A stretch of 36,640 nt of DNA from Octopus bimaculoides (lineage: Eukaryota): assembly GCF_001194135.2 (NCBI RefSeq), contig NC_069009.1, positions 531,098 to 567,737 on the forward strand. Direction: 5' to 3'. Under the pieces are notes generated by a model. It worked only from the letters and a program-made list of their open reading frames with translations, ran no database searches and was not told where the DNA came from. Positions 1 through 13,200 of this stretch are shown here, piece by piece. Each line of letters begins with the position of its first letter. The stretch's first letter is position 1. The position numbers were made by a program, and so were the translations under genes.

Positions 1-359
1 TTTAACGTCCGCTTTCCATGCTAGCATGGGTTGGACGATTTGACTGAGGACTGGTGAACCAGATGGCTGCACCAGGGCTCCAATCTGATTTGGCAGAGTT
101 TCTACAGCTGGATGCCCTTCCTAACGCCAACCACTCCGAGAGTGTAGTGGGTGCTTTTACGTGCCACCAGCACGAAGGCCAGTCAGGTGGTACTGGAAAT
201 GGCCACGCTCAAAATGGTGTATTCTACGTGCCACCTGCACAAGAGCCAGTCCAGCGGCACTAGCAACGATCTTGTTCGAATGTCTTTACATGTGCCAGGA
301 AGGCGTGCTGGGCACAGGTGCCATCACGATTTCACTTTCGCTTGCCCCAACAATCTCAA
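1..359 (-). mobile_element. SINE-like family A ((GAT)n tail, GGAAGGGCATCCAG core)
   Basis: TTTAACGTCCGCTTTCCATGCTAGCATGGG... shared with at least five other copies in the window. Confidence 0.8.
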
Positions 360-1044
360 CCAAATAATTGCTACGAAACAGAATAAATTTCAGAGTAAAC
401 TTCTATCAGATTTATATAAAATTTGTTATTGTGTTCAAAATGGCACTTTAGTACATCAAGAAACAAAAATAAGTTATAGTTCTTTTTCTCACAAAACCAT
501 TTTTAATTAATTTAGAATTAAATTAAAGCACATATGGCATCTAGTTTAAATTAGATGCTAATAAAAAGTTAAGTAATAAATAATGCTTTACCTCAAGTTG
601 AACACTATTTGGAGAAGTTAGCCGACCTCGATCAGTGATTAATACAATAACAGCAGGTTCTAGATAAAATGGACACCAGCCCTGACCAGGATAATGACAA
701 ACATTTCCTTTTCTTTTTCTGACTGCTATTTATTGGGCTATCTACAGTTCTTTTTGACATATTCAGGGTAAATTATATACAGGGTCACAAGAAACAACAG
801 GGAAACAGCAAATGGATGCCTTCTGTCTACAAGTGCTGAGCTACAACTGATGCTTGATGGTAAGTGGTGACTGACATGCCAAGCAGTGCCATGTCATGCT
901 TGAGTGAGAAGGGTCACGGTGGTTAGCTCTTTGTGCACCAAACGACCTCTGTTATGACGTGCTGCATTCTGTGTCATCATTATATATATATGCGAGTAAA
1001 AATAAATACAAAAAAAGGGGTTTTGTATGATTGTGTATAGAGGA

Positions 1045-1502
1045 ATATATTATTTTGTTTAAAAGAGTTCCAACACTGTCTGTTTTTTTTATGTTTTATT
1101 TATATTCCTGCAAAACCAATGTGGGATATAGAATATGGAATATACAATATATAATATAATATACAATATATAATATAAAATAAAAAATATATAATATACT
1201 ATGACAGTCTGTCATACCAGCCATGATGAAATACCACAAGGTATAGAAAATACGTATTCGCCTTTATATACTTAATCCTTTATATTGAACACTCAATATT
1301 TCATCTATTCAATAAGACATATTCCATATATTCAATAAGACATATTCCATATATTCAATAAGACATTCAATACTTTATTTCATAGTACCATCCATTTTTA
1401 TTTTATATTATATATTGTATATTCCATATCCCACATTGGTTTTGCAGGAATATAAATAAAACATAAAAAACAGACAGTGTTGGAACACTTTTAAACAAAA
1501 TA

Positions 1503-1508
<6 letters not shown>
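1045..1508. repeat. Foldback / MITE-like element with about 110-120 bp inverted arms and an internal 23-bp tandem repeat
   Basis: Arms at 1045-1165 and 1398-1508; TATTCAATAAGACATATTCCATA starts at 1306, 1329 and 1352 (last copy partial). Confidence 0.8.
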
Positions 1509-1527
<19 letters not shown>

Positions 1528-1533
<6 letters not shown>

Positions 1534-1746
1534 ACTTGGGGATGGTCATATTGCCAGTTTAGCCAATAAAAATACACGCACTGTATATTTGGTGTTAATT
1601 TGCTTCAGCTTTATTATTACATTACATTAATCCTATTAATAGGATTAATGTAATGTAATATAAAGCTGAAGCAAATTAATACAAAATATACAGTGCGTGT
1701 GTTTTTATTGGCTAAACTGGCAATATGACCATCCCCAAGTACAACA
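1528..1746. repeat. Near-perfect 219-bp palindrome with no spacer
   Basis: TGTTGTACTTGGGGATGGTC...TCCTATT|AATAGGA...GACCATCCCCAAGTACAACA, centred at 1637/1638. Confidence 0.9.
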
Positions 1747-2299
1747 TCTGTTTCAACACACGATTTCACATCAAAAATCTTGCAAAACAAATATATATAT
1801 ACAATAATATAGATTTAATCAAAAGATTAAATGTGGTACTTAAAATGTATGTGGCACCAGAATTTGGTAGGGTAAAAACCAAAATTAAAATCAAGAAATT
1901 TGGTGAATAAAATTTGAAGAAAAGCAACAATGATGTATTAGGTTATAGCAGTACGTACGTTTCGTACAAACTTCATTTATTTATGTAGTGAGAACACCAC
2001 ATAAGATGTGTAATAAAAATGTACTCCTCAGCTGCATAATGGAAGTTCATTTTGTAAATGTGTGCAAATACAAGAGTAGGAGATGAAAAAAAATACCATC
2101 TTGACTGGGCTGTTAATCAACAGTCTATATATATGTATATGTGTGTGTATATGATGACAGTTGCTCAAGTCAGTTTCAATCTGTGTGTTTGAAGAAGACT
2201 TAAGAAGAAAGGAAAAACACTAAGAAGAGCTGCATCTACTTGCAAAGGATGTGTGAATGTAATTAGAATCCAGGTATGGATGTTGCTATGAAGTTGCAA

Positions 2300-2815
2300 T
2301 GGGGACGCTGATGATTTTGATTGTGCAAAGCAATATGTTAGTTGCAGGATATAGGGCATTTATTGTTCTTTCAACTCAAATTCTTCATATGGCATCTTAA
2401 CACATTTTACACCATACAGATAGATCAAGGCAATGGATTTCCCAAAATGTCACATCAAGCTGTAGAGATTTTATTCATTGCTTCAGCTTATCCATATACC
2501 TAAGGACAGCTCTTCCTCTTCTGCGATGTTCTTCCACTCGCTGGCCAAACAGAAGAAGTTTTGGAATGCAGTCCTTTCTCAGTTGAAAATCATGTCCAAC
2601 CCATCTGCATTGAGTTTTCATCAGCATGCTTTGGATACGGGACATGTCACATTTTACTAAGATTTTGATGTCTTATCTAACCATTTTCTTGCATATGTTG
2701 TGCAAACACCACGTGAAAAGTTTCAAGGTTTTTTTTTATTTCTCTGTAGAAGTGAGTCCATGCATCTGCCCCATATGAAAATATACTCAAAATACAAGAT
2801 TTCTATTCACTTATT
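2300..2815 (-). mobile_element. RTE-clade LINE ORF2 C-terminal fossil
   Basis: Minus strand reads KCDMSRIQSMLMKTQCRWVGHDFQLRKDCIPKLLLFGQ...RRRGRAVLRYMDKLK, which resembles the RTE ORF2 C-terminus. Confidence 0.75.
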
Positions 2816-2823
2816 TTAGTTAC

Positions 2824-3151
2824 CAGACATACCGCCTGACTGGCCTCCGTAGGATTTTCGAGCGAGATCATTGCCAGTGCCCTTGGACTGGCTTGTGCGG
2901 GTGGCACATAAAAGACACCATTTCGAGCGTGACCGTTGCCAGTATCGCCTGACTGGCCTTCGTGCTGGTGACACGTAAAAGCACCTACTACACTCTCTGA
3001 GTGGTTGGCGTTAGGAAGGGCATCCAGCTGTAGAAACTCTGTCAAATTTAGATTGGAGCCTGGTGTTACCATCCGGTTTCACCAGTCCTCAGTCAAGTCG
3101 TCCAACCCATGCTAGCATGGAAAGCGGACGTTAAACGATGATGATGATGAT
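2824..3151 (+). mobile_element. SINE-like family A
   Basis: Ends GCGGACGTTAAACGATGATGATGATGA. Confidence 0.8.
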
Positions 3152-3364
3152 ATATATATATACATATCAAATTAAATATACAACCGGAAGAGCTACTACC
3201 TGTTTCATACTGTTACGATACTTGAACAGACATATTTATAAAATGTGCCATGTATCTTAAGGGCTTACAGCCGAATCTGACTGGAACGTGGAGCAGCACT
3301 CTGGCTTGCCAGCTCATGTCACACTTTCCCACCCAAGCCTGCATAGTAGATGGACGCTAAAGGA

Positions 3365-3660
3365 TGATGATGACGAAAACACAACAAAGACAAAAGGAAT
3401 GTCACTTAAAACTTTTATTCATTATTCCCATTCCTTTAATCTCTCAGAACAAATTCCTCAAAAATTCAACACAATCATGTTTAGAAATCAAAGTCATCAC
3501 TGTATTGGTATATTTTGATATTTACATAATACTGGAGCTGATATTCATGGATTTAATATTAACATTGATCAAACTGAAGTTGATAATGTCAAGCTTGAAG
3601 AAGAATAAACCCTGTCTTTTAGCAGACAAAATATTCATAATTGTTGTCCTGTGGTAATAA
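3365..3660 (-). terminator. Conserved 3' module with poly(A) signal, gene 1
   Basis: Minus strand reads GGGAATAATGAATAAAAGTTTTAAGTGACATT followed by a GT-rich tract; AATAAA at 3419-3414. Confidence 0.6.
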
Positions 3661-3699
3661 ATTTTTATATTGTTACTGTTACAGTTGTGTGTGAATACT

Positions 3700-3910
<211 letters not shown>

Positions 3911-5239
3911 TTATGGTTTTTCCCCAGTATGAATATGCTTGTGCTTAGTCAAATGACTATTTCTGGAGAATGATTTACCACAGATGTCACAATGATATGG
4001 CTTCTCTCCTGTATGAATACGTTTGTGCCTAGTCAAGTGACTATTTCTGGAGAATGATTTACCACAGATACCACAGTGATATAGTTTTTCCCCAGTATGA
4101 ATGAGTTTGTGATTAGTCAATTGACTATTTGTAGAGAATGATTTACCACAAGTATCACAATGAAATGCTTTCTCTCCTGTATGTGTAAGTTTGTGTTTTA
4201 TCAACTCTCCACTTTGAGTGAAACATTTACCACAGATACTACAATGATATGGCTTCTCTCCTGTATGAATACGTTCGTGACGACTTACGGAGCTAATATG
4301 AGAAAATGATTTACCACAGATATCACATTGATATGGTTTTTCTCCAGTATGAATACGTTTGTGACTAATCAAGTAACTAGAAGACAAAGATTTATCACAG
4401 ATATCACAATGATATGGCTTTTCTCCTGTATGTGTAAGTTTGTGTTTAGCCAAGGCATCACTCCGGGAGTAAGATTCATCACAGATATTACAATGATATG
4501 GCTTCTCTCCCGTATGTGTAAGTTTGTGTTTAGCCAAGGTGCCACTTTGAGAAAATGATTTACCACAGATATCACACTGATACGGTTTTTCCCCAGTATG
4601 AATACGCTTATGACTAGTCAAGTTACTATTTGTAGAGAATGGTTTGCCACAGATATTACAACGATATGCTTTCTCTCCTGTATGTGTATGTTTGTGTTTA
4701 GTCAGGTTACTATTTATAGAGAAAGATTTACCACATATATTACAACGATATGGCTTCTCTCCTGTATGAATATGTTTGTGACTAGTTAAAGAGCTATTAT
4801 GAGAAAATGATTCACCACAGATATCACATTGATATGGTTTTTCTCCGGTATGAATTCGTTTGTGCCTAGTCACGTGACCATGTTCAGAAAATGATTTACC
4901 ACATATGTCACAATGATATGGTTTTTCTCCTGTATGTGTACGTTTGTGCCTAAACAACTCACCTCTTCGAGAGAATGATTTACCACAGACATCACAGTGA
5001 TGTGGCTTCTCTCCTGTATGTGTACGTATGTGACTGGTCAAGGCACCACTTTGAGAGAATGATTTACCACAGACATTACAGTGATGTGGTTTCTCTCCTG
5101 TATGAATGCCTTTGTGTTTGGTTAAGACTCTTTCTTCAGTGAATGATTTACCACAGATATCACAATGATATGGCTTCTGTCTTGTATCAGGGTTGTTTGG
5201 ATTTCTTAAATTATTCATTAGGAGATAATAATTTCTCAT
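3911..5239 (-). CDS. ZNF gene 1: C2H2 zinc-finger protein, 15 tandem fingers, no effector domain
   Basis: ORF of 28-aa C-x2-C-x12-H-x3-H repeats with TGEKP linkers (finger 10 has a 1-aa deletion). First ATG is at 5239; the track start at 5260 is TTG. Ends GEKP-TAA. Confidence 0.95.
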   Translation of the reverse strand: MRNYYLLMNNLRNPNNPDTRQKPYHCDICGKSFTEERVLTKHKGIHTGEKPHHCNVCGKSFSQSGALTSHIRTHTGEKPHHCDVCGKSFSRRGELFRHKRTHTGEKPYHCDICGKSFSEHGHVTRHKRIHTGEKPYQCDICGESFSHNSSLTSHKHIHTGEKPYRCNICGKSFSINSNLTKHKHTHTGEKAYRCNICGKPFSTNSNLTSHKRIHTGEKPYQCDICGKSFSQSGTLAKHKLTHTGEKPYHCNICDESYSRSDALAKHKLTHTGEKPYHCDICDKSLSSSYLISHKRIHTGEKPYQCDICGKSFSHISSVSRHERIHTGEKPYHCSICGKCFTQSGELIKHKLTHTGEKAFHCDTCGKSFSTNSQLTNHKLIHTGEKLYHCGICGKSFSRNSHLTRHKRIHTGEKPYHCDICGKSFSRNSHLTKHKHIHTGEKP

Positions 5240-5880
5240 ACATATCACAATGACAAACAAGTTTTCATTTCTATGAATATATCTGTGTTCACTTGTGTCA
5301 GTATTTTCAGAGAATAATTTAACACTATGTTTCTTTTATCCGTGTTGTTGCTTAATATCTAAAACGGCAGATTTAAACTGTTAAAACTTTTGTAAACTTA
5401 TCCAAGCTTAATTAACCAAGCAATCACTTCCTCTACATTCCAGTGAAGACAAGTAAATGTTGCTGTTAATTCCATCGTACAAAAGAAATATGTTCTTATC
5501 GTTTGTCGTTGATTTTAATTACAGAAAGAGGTCAATGCTTTGATGAATGTGCCTTATAAATATATGGTCTTCCTTTAACCCTTTAGTGTTCACATTATTC
5601 TGCCATAATTAATGCTTTTTTATCCACATTGTTTTGAACTAATCAAGCATTATCTCATAGCTATGAGATTTTGATGAGGTAGTTGTTCAGTTTAAAAACC
5701 ATATTGTAGGGTTGGTGTGAGAGACCAGATCTGGCCAGTTTGAACATAGAATAGGCAGAATACCTTTGGCCAGATATGGCCGGTTTAAATGCTAAAGGGT
5801 TAATTGATGAAAGTCAGTAGAAAATATCAAAGGTACATCTGAATGAAGAAATTTCCTTTACGTCAACATGATGTGATATT

Positions 5881-5900
5881 CTGAAATAGAAAAAGAGTCA
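5881..5900 (-). promoter_or_regulatory. Splice acceptor of the gene 1 coding exon
   Basis: Minus strand reads CTCTTTTTCTATTTCAG|AATATCACATC; the exon starts at 5880. The same motif precedes all six ZNFs. Confidence 0.75.
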
Positions 5901-5939
5901 GTTAAAGAAGATAATTAAATGATATAGTAATTCAATATT

Positions 5940-6125
5940 CTCTTTTACTCTTTTACGTGTTTGTCATTTGACTGTGGCCATGCTGGAGTACTGCTTTTAG
6001 TCGAGCAAATCGACCCCAGAACTTATTCTTTGTTAGCCTAGTGCTTATTCTATCGGTCTCTTTTGCCGAACCGCTAAGTTACGGGGACGTAAACACACCA
6101 GCATCGGTTGTCAAGCGATAGGTGT
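5940..6125 (-). mobile_element. SINE family C, 3' half
   Basis: Reverse complement matches 9030-9207. Confidence 0.8.
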
Positions 6126-6179
6126 AAAACAACTTGCTGGGAACGAATATGTGTGTGTGTGAGCGTGATGTGTGACGAT

Positions 6180-6333
6180 GTGAAATGTTCCGAGCCCTCC
6201 CCCGCCCCCCCGTTCGCGAGCGCGCATTTTTTCCTTCATATTCGTTCCCGGGGAGGCTTCTCGGAACATTCACATCCTGAATGTTCCAAGGCTTCTCCCC
6301 GCCCCCGCGTTCGCGAGCGCGAGTTTTTTTTCT
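6180..6333. repeat. CpG-rich hairpin module (tandem, runs into a gap)
   Basis: GGAACATTCA-catcc-TGAATGTTCC at 6262-6286; CCCCGCCCCC..GTTCGCGAGCGCG occurs twice. Confidence 0.7.
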
Positions 6334-6696
6334 NNNNNNNNNNNNNNNNNNNNNNNNNNNNNNNNNNNNNNNNNNNNNNNNNNNNNNNNNNNNNNNNNNN
6401 NNNNNNNNNNNNNNNNNNNNNNNNNNNNNNNNNNNNNNNNNNNNNNNNNNNNNNNNNNNNNNNNNNNNNNNNNNNNNNNNNNNNNNNNNNNNNNNNNNNN
6501 NNNNNNNNNNNNNNNNNNNNNNNNNNNNNNNNNNNNNNNNNNNNNNNNNNNNNNNNNNNNNNNNNNNNNNNNNNNNNNNNNNNNNNNNNNNNNNNNNNNN
6601 NNNNNNNNNNNNNNNNNNNNNNNNNNNNNNNNNNNNNNNNNNNNNNNNNNNNNNNNNNNNNNNNNNNNNNNNNNNNNNNNNNNNNNNNNNNNNNNN
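6334..6696. other. Assembly gap
   Basis: Run of N. Confidence 1.
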
Positions 6697-6728
<32 letters not shown>

Positions 6729-6794
6729 TTAGTAAATGGAGTAAAACGTATATGTTAAATGAATTCTTTTAATAATAATAATATATATACGTGT

Positions 6795-7006
6795 GTGTGT
6801 GTGTATGTTTGTTTGTCGCCCCAGCGTCGCTTGACAACCGATGCTGGTGTGTTTGCGTCCCCGTAACTTAGCGGTTCGGCAAAAAGGAGAACGATAGAAT
6901 AAGTACTAGGCTTGCAAAGAATAAGCTCTGGGGGTCGATCTGGTTGACTATAAAGGCCTTGCTCCAGCATGGCCGCAGCCAAGTGACTGAAACGAAGTAA
7001 AAGAGT
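6795..7006 (+). mobile_element. SINE family C, 3' half
   Basis: Matches 9010-9207. Confidence 0.8.
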
Positions 7007-7009
7007 AAA

Positions 7010-7153
7010 TTATACACTACCTGTTATCACGTTTACGGCCTTAAAGTAAATCTTTGTCAACTTACCGTATTCAGATATAAACAGCGACTCAGTGATCGGT
7101 AATTAAATGCACTAATTAATAATTTAGTTGCAGTTAGAAGTGTTGTAGAAGCT
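7010..7153 (-). repeat. Inverted partial copy of the cassette spacer (gene 1 unit)
   Basis: Reverse complement reads CTTCTACAACACTT...TTTATATCTGAATACGGTAAGTTGACAAAGATTTACTTTAAGG. Confidence 0.75.
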
Positions 7154-7169
7154 ACATGACAAGCCTGAC

Positions 7170-8300
7170 GAGTCAGTGCTGCCATCTATTGCAGAATAGA
7201 AGAAATACAATGATGTAAAGGGAAACAAATTCTACAGCATTTCAAAAAACGGTCCAAGTAAACTATTATACGACGTCGAGGGTTCCAGCCTTTATTTCCA
7301 AAATATACATGATTCCAAATGACAGAACAAGTGGGAGTTGATGGAATATCATGTTTTCTATTACAATCTGGTTTTGTTTCCACTCATTACTCTACTCTCA
7401 TTGGTCCATGTAGTTCGACATTCTTCCTTGGCTCTCCGTCGCTTAACGACGTCGAGGGTTCCAGTTGATCCGTTCAACGGAACAGCCTGCTCGTGAAATT
7501 ATCGTGCAAGTGGCTGAGCACTCCACAGACACGTGTACCCTTAACGTTGTTCTCGGGGATATTCAGCGTGACACAGTGTGACAAGGCTGACCCTTTGAAT
7601 TACAGGCACACCAGAAACAGGAAGTAAGAGTGAGAGAAAGTTGTGGTGGAAGAGTACAGCAGGGTTCGCCACCATCCCCTGCCGGAGCATCGTGGAGCTT
7701 TTAGGTGTTTTCGCTCAATAAACACTCACAACGCCCGGTTTGGGAATCGAAACTGCGATCCTATGACCGCGAGTCCGCTGCCCTAACCACTGGGCCATTG
7801 CGCCTCCACTCTCACAGAATGAAACAAAGTACAACACTGAAATGAATCCAACCAGTTAGTAGAGCCATCTATTGGAGAATTTAAAAATATACAATCATAT
7901 AAAGGGAAGAACTGCTACAACACTTGAAACACGTACCATTTAAATAATGAATTAAGGTTTTTAATTACTGGTCACTGAGTTGCTGATTGTATCTGAATAC
8001 GATAAATTAACAATGATATACTTTAAGGTGATAATGGTTAGAACGATAATAATGTAATAGCCATTTTCTCGTCTTAAATAATAACTTCTAAACTGAAATA
8101 TCGATCTGTTGCTTACGAAAACGTATGATCGAATATTACATGTGATATAAATGAGAGTAACGTAGCATAATTAGTAAAATTGAGAGGAAAACGATTAGAG
8201 ACTACCACATTAATTAATGCTGGCCTGTTGTTTATGAAGCACTGATAAAACGGTAAGTTGACAAACGTTTACTTTAAGGTTATATTGATATTAGTAATGA
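7170..8300 (+). repeat. Cassette spacer type A (gene 2 unit), with the motif region duplicated around a SINE
   Basis: GCCATCTATTG at 7181 and 7864; TTACATGTGATATAAA; CGGTAAGTTGAC with GTAAGT at 8253. Confidence 0.75.
7426..7805 (-). mobile_element. tRNA-derived SINE family B
   Basis: Head GGCGCAATGGCCCAGTGGTTAGGGCAGCGG...TTCGATTCCC with A- and B-box-like motifs; multicopy in the window. Confidence 0.85.
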
Positions 8301-8309
8301 TGTTGATGG

Positions 8310-8670
8310 TTTCAAATTTTGGCCCAGGGCGAGCAGGAAGTCGATTACATGGAACCCAGCATTTAATGAGAAGCAAAGTCGAACTCGCTCCTATTTGAAT
8401 TCATGATTTTCTGCCGAGGTGTACTCTGCCTTTCATTCCTTTACGGATGAATACAATAACAATAATGGTAATCTTTTCTAATTTAGGCACAAGGCCTGAC
8501 ATTTGGCGGAAGGGAATAAATCAGTTACATGTATCCTAGTGCTCTACAGCTTTGTAGTTATTTACCTCGAAAGGTGAAGTGGACCTCGGTGGAGTTTGAA
8601 CTTCCAGAGTAAAGACGGACGAATTGATGTTAGGCGTTTTGTCCGGCTTGCTAACGCTTCTGGCAGTAAA
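8310..8670 (-). mobile_element. Old SINE family D remnants
   Basis: AAAGGCAAAGT.GACCTCGG..GAATTTGAAC-type pattern, also at 13070-13200, 19660-19990 and 36045-36200. Confidence 0.6.
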
Positions 8671-8807
8671 TAATAGAATTATATAATAAACCCTTCGAAG
8701 TTACGGTAATCATGTAAAAGCTGGTAAGACACAGGACTGCACCAAGCATGACTGTCTGCTTTGGCAGGGTTTCTACGGCTGGATGACAATTGATGTTGTT
8801 TAATTTA

Positions 8808-9207
8808 CAGGAGTGGCTGTGTGGTAAGTAGCTTGCTTACCAACCACATGGTTCCGGGTTTAGTCCCACTGCGTGGCACCTTGGGCAAGTGTCTTCTACT
8901 ATAGCCTCGGGCCGACCAAAGCCTTCTGAGTGGATTTGGTAGACGGAAACTGAAAGAAGCCCGTCGTATATATGTATATATATATATGTATATATATATA
9001 TATGTATGTGTGTTTGTGTGTCTCCCTCCACCATCGCTTGACAACCGATGCTGGTGTGTTTACGTCCCCGTAACTTAGCGGTTCGGCAAAAAGAGACCTA
9101 TAGAATAAGTACTAGGCTTACAAAGAATAAGTCCTGGGGTCGATTTCCTTGACTAAAGACGGTGCTCCAGCATGGCCGCAGTCAAATGACTGAAACAAGT
9201 AAAAGAG
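8808..9207 (+). mobile_element. tRNA-derived SINE family C (CORE-like CCTTGGGCAAGT motif, internal TA/TG microsatellite)
   Basis: tRNA-like head; 3' end GTCAAATGACTGAAACAAGTAAAAGAG. Confidence 0.8.
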
Positions 9208-9370
9208 AATGTTGAATTACGATGTTGTAAGTATTTAGAGAAATGTAGAAATGCTTCATCTATATACAGAATGTAAAACTTTCAGTGCCTCAATGGATTC
9301 TGACCCATGCAAATGGATGACATTTGCAATGTTGAATTACTATGTCTTTTAAGGATTCTCTTTATCTTAC

Positions 9371-9390
9371 TGCTTCTTTTCGTATTTCAG
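9371..9390 (+). promoter_or_regulatory. Splice acceptor of the gene 2 coding exon
   Basis: TGCTTCTTTTCGTATTTCAG|AATATCACACC; exon starts at 9391. Confidence 0.75.
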
Positions 9391-9804
9391 AATATCACAC
9401 CATGTTGGCGTAAAAGAAATTTCTTCATTCAGATGTGTGTCTGATATTTTTATTGATGTTCATCGATTAAAAGAAGAGCATACATTTATAAGCCACATTC
9501 ATCAATACATCAAGCTCTTTATATAAATAAAGTCTTCGACAATTGATGGGAAAGTATTTCTTCTGGACAATGCAAATTAACAGCAACATTTACTTGTCTT
9601 CACTGTCTGGAATGTAAAGGCGATGATCAATTTACAGGTTAATTAACATTTAATAATTTTACAAAAGATTATATCTTCTGTTTTAGATTTTAAATGAGAT
9701 CACTGATGAAAGAAATATAACATTAAATTATTCTCTGACAATTGTGACACAACTTAACACAAACATTCATAGAAATGAAAAAAACACTATCATTGTGATA
9801 TGGT

Positions 9805-11970
9805 ATGACAAATTATTCTCTCATAATGAATAATTTAGATAAACCAAAAAATACTGATGCAGGAGTGAGGCCATATCATTCTCATATCCATGGTAAATCA
9901 TTTTCTGAAAATGATGTTTTAACTAGTCAACAAAGTACTCACTCAGGAGAGAAACCATATCACTGTGATGTCTGTGGTAAATCATTCTCTGAAAATGGTA
10001 CCTTGACTCGTCATATGCGTACACATACAGGAGAGAAGCCATATCGTTGTGATATCTGTGGTAAATCATTCTCTCGAAGTGGTGCCGTGACTACACACAA
10101 ACGTACACATACAGGAGAGAAGCCATATCATTGTGATATCTGTGGTAAATCATTCTCTCAAAGTTATACCTTGACTACACACAAACGTACACATACAGGA
10201 GAGAAGCCATATCATTGCAATATATGTGGTAAATCATTCTCTGAAAGTGGTCACTTGGCTAAACACAAACCTATACATACAGGAGAGAAGCCATATCATT
10301 GCAGTATCTGTGGTCAATCATTTTCTAGAAGTAGTCATTTGACTAATCATATACTTATTCATACTGGGGAAAAACCATATCAGTGTGATATCTGTGGTAA
10401 ATCATTTACTAAGAATAGCTCTTTAACTAGTCACAAACGTATACACACAGGAGAGAAGCCATATCATTGTAACATCTGTGGTAAATCATTTTCTGAAAAT
10501 AGCAAACTGACTCGTCATAAACATATCCATACTGGGGAAAAACCATATCAGTGTGATATCTGTGATAAGTCATTCTCTCAATTTAATGAATTAACTCGTC
10601 ACAAACGTGTTCACACTGGTAAGAAGCCATATCACTGTAACATTTGTGGTAAATCATTTTCTGTTAGATGTAGCTTAACTACACACAAGCATACACATTC
10701 AGAAGAGAAGCCATACCATTGTGATATCTGTGGTAAATCATTCTCTGTTAGATTTAGCTTAACTATACACAAACATACACATACAGGAGAGAGGCCATAC
10801 CATTGTGATATCTGTGGTAAATCAATATCTCGAAAGAGTAACGTAAATAAACACAAACGTACTCATACAGGAGAGAAGCCATATCATTGTGATATCTGTG
10901 GTAACTCATTCTCTGAGACATCTTCCTTAACTAAACACAGACGTACACACACAGGAGAGAAACCATATCAGTGTGATATCTGTGGTAAATCATTTTCTGA
11001 AAAGAGTAATGAAACTAGACACAAACGTACTCATACAGGAGAGAAACCATACCATTGTGATATTTGTGGTAACTCATATTCTGGAGGATCTTCTTTAACT
11101 CAACACAGACGTACACACACAGGAGAGAAGCCATATCAGTGTGATATCTGTGGTAAATCATTTTCTGAAAGTAATACCATAAATAAACACAAATGTACTC
11201 ATACAGGAGTGAGGCCATACCATTGCGATGTCTGTGGTAAATCATTTTCTAAAAATGCTAATTTGACTACTCACAAATTCATTCATACAGGGCAAAAACC
11301 ATATGACTGTGATACCTGTGGTAAATCATTCTCTGAAAGATCTTCCTTAACTAAGCACAGCCATACACATACGGTAGAGAAGCCATATCAGTGTGATATC
11401 TGCGGTAAATCATTCTCTCTAAATAATCGTTTGAATATTCATAAACGCATTCATACTGGGGAAAAACCATATCATTGTGATATCTGTGGTAAATCATTTA
11501 CTAAGAAAAGCACTTTAACTTGTCACAAACGTCTTCATACAGGAGAGAAGCCATATCATTGTAATATCTGTGGCAAATGTTTCACTCAAAATGGTGAGTT
11601 GATTAAACACAAGCTTACACATACAGGAGAGAAAGCATTTCATTGTAATATCTGTGGTAAATCATTTTCTGAAAATAGCAAACTGACTCGTCATAAACGT
11701 ATCCATATTGGGGAAAAACGATATCAGTGTGATATCTGTAGTAAATCATTTTCTCATAATGGTACTTTAACCTGTCACAAACGTATTCATACTGGAGAAA
11801 AACCATATCAGTGTGATATCTGTGGTAAATCATTTTCTAAGAATAGCACTTTAACTAGTCACAAACGTATTCATACAGGAGAGAAACCATATCATTGTGA
11901 TATCTGTGGTAAATCATTCTCTCAAAACGGTCACTTAAGTAGACATTTGACTAATCATACACAAGTGTAA
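9805..11970 (+). CDS. ZNF gene 2: C2H2 zinc-finger protein, 24 intact fingers plus 1 degenerate N-terminal finger
   Basis: 721-aa ORF. The first unit YHSHIHG...QQSTH lacks both Cys and one His. Ends ...HLTNHTQV*. Confidence 0.96.
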   Translation: MTNYSLIMNNLDKPKNTDAGVRPYHSHIHGKSFSENDVLTSQQSTHSGEKPYHCDVCGKSFSENGTLTRHMRTHTGEKPYRCDICGKSFSRSGAVTTHKRTHTGEKPYHCDICGKSFSQSYTLTTHKRTHTGEKPYHCNICGKSFSESGHLAKHKPIHTGEKPYHCSICGQSFSRSSHLTNHILIHTGEKPYQCDICGKSFTKNSSLTSHKRIHTGEKPYHCNICGKSFSENSKLTRHKHIHTGEKPYQCDICDKSFSQFNELTRHKRVHTGKKPYHCNICGKSFSVRCSLTTHKHTHSEEKPYHCDICGKSFSVRFSLTIHKHTHTGERPYHCDICGKSISRKSNVNKHKRTHTGEKPYHCDICGNSFSETSSLTKHRRTHTGEKPYQCDICGKSFSEKSNETRHKRTHTGEKPYHCDICGNSYSGGSSLTQHRRTHTGEKPYQCDICGKSFSESNTINKHKCTHTGVRPYHCDVCGKSFSKNANLTTHKFIHTGQKPYDCDTCGKSFSERSSLTKHSHTHTVEKPYQCDICGKSFSLNNRLNIHKRIHTGEKPYHCDICGKSFTKKSTLTCHKRLHTGEKPYHCNICGKCFTQNGELIKHKLTHTGEKAFHCNICGKSFSENSKLTRHKRIHIGEKRYQCDICSKSFSHNGTLTCHKRIHTGEKPYQCDICGKSFSKNSTLTSHKRIHTGEKPYHCDICGKSFSQNGHLSRHLTNHTQV

Positions 11971-11989
11971 CATTATTAATATCAAAATT

Positions 11990-13069
<1,080 letters not shown>

Positions 13070-13070
<1 letters not shown>

Positions 13071-13200
13071 TTATCGACTCCGAAAGGATGAAAGGCAAAG
13101 TTTACCTCAGTAGAATTTGAACTCAGAACACAAAGATGGATGAAAAACTTCTAAGCATTTTGCCTGGTGCAGTCAAAATCATGCTAGCCTGCCACATTAA
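13070..13200 (-). mobile_element. SINE family D fragment
   Basis: TTTTATCGACTCCGAAAGGATGAAAGGCAAAGTTTACCTCAGTAGAATTTGAACTCAGAAC. Confidence 0.65.

Noticed and set aside
54-510. Short ORFs inside family A repeats (also 2803-3072, 12708-13013, 13625-13909, 15041-15411, 33772-34005)
   Set aside because: They lie within multicopy SINE-like repeats and differ by frameshifts between copies.
4328-4789. Antisense ORFs over ZNF genes (also 10632-11833, 16096-16308, 21294-22028, 24911-25645, 32634-32864)
   Set aside because: They are by-products of the repetitive 84-bp finger codon pattern; there is no independent sign of coding.
6108-6772. Long ORFs spanning N runs (also 23791-24354 and 28443-28763)
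   Set aside because: They are open only because N codons hide stops.
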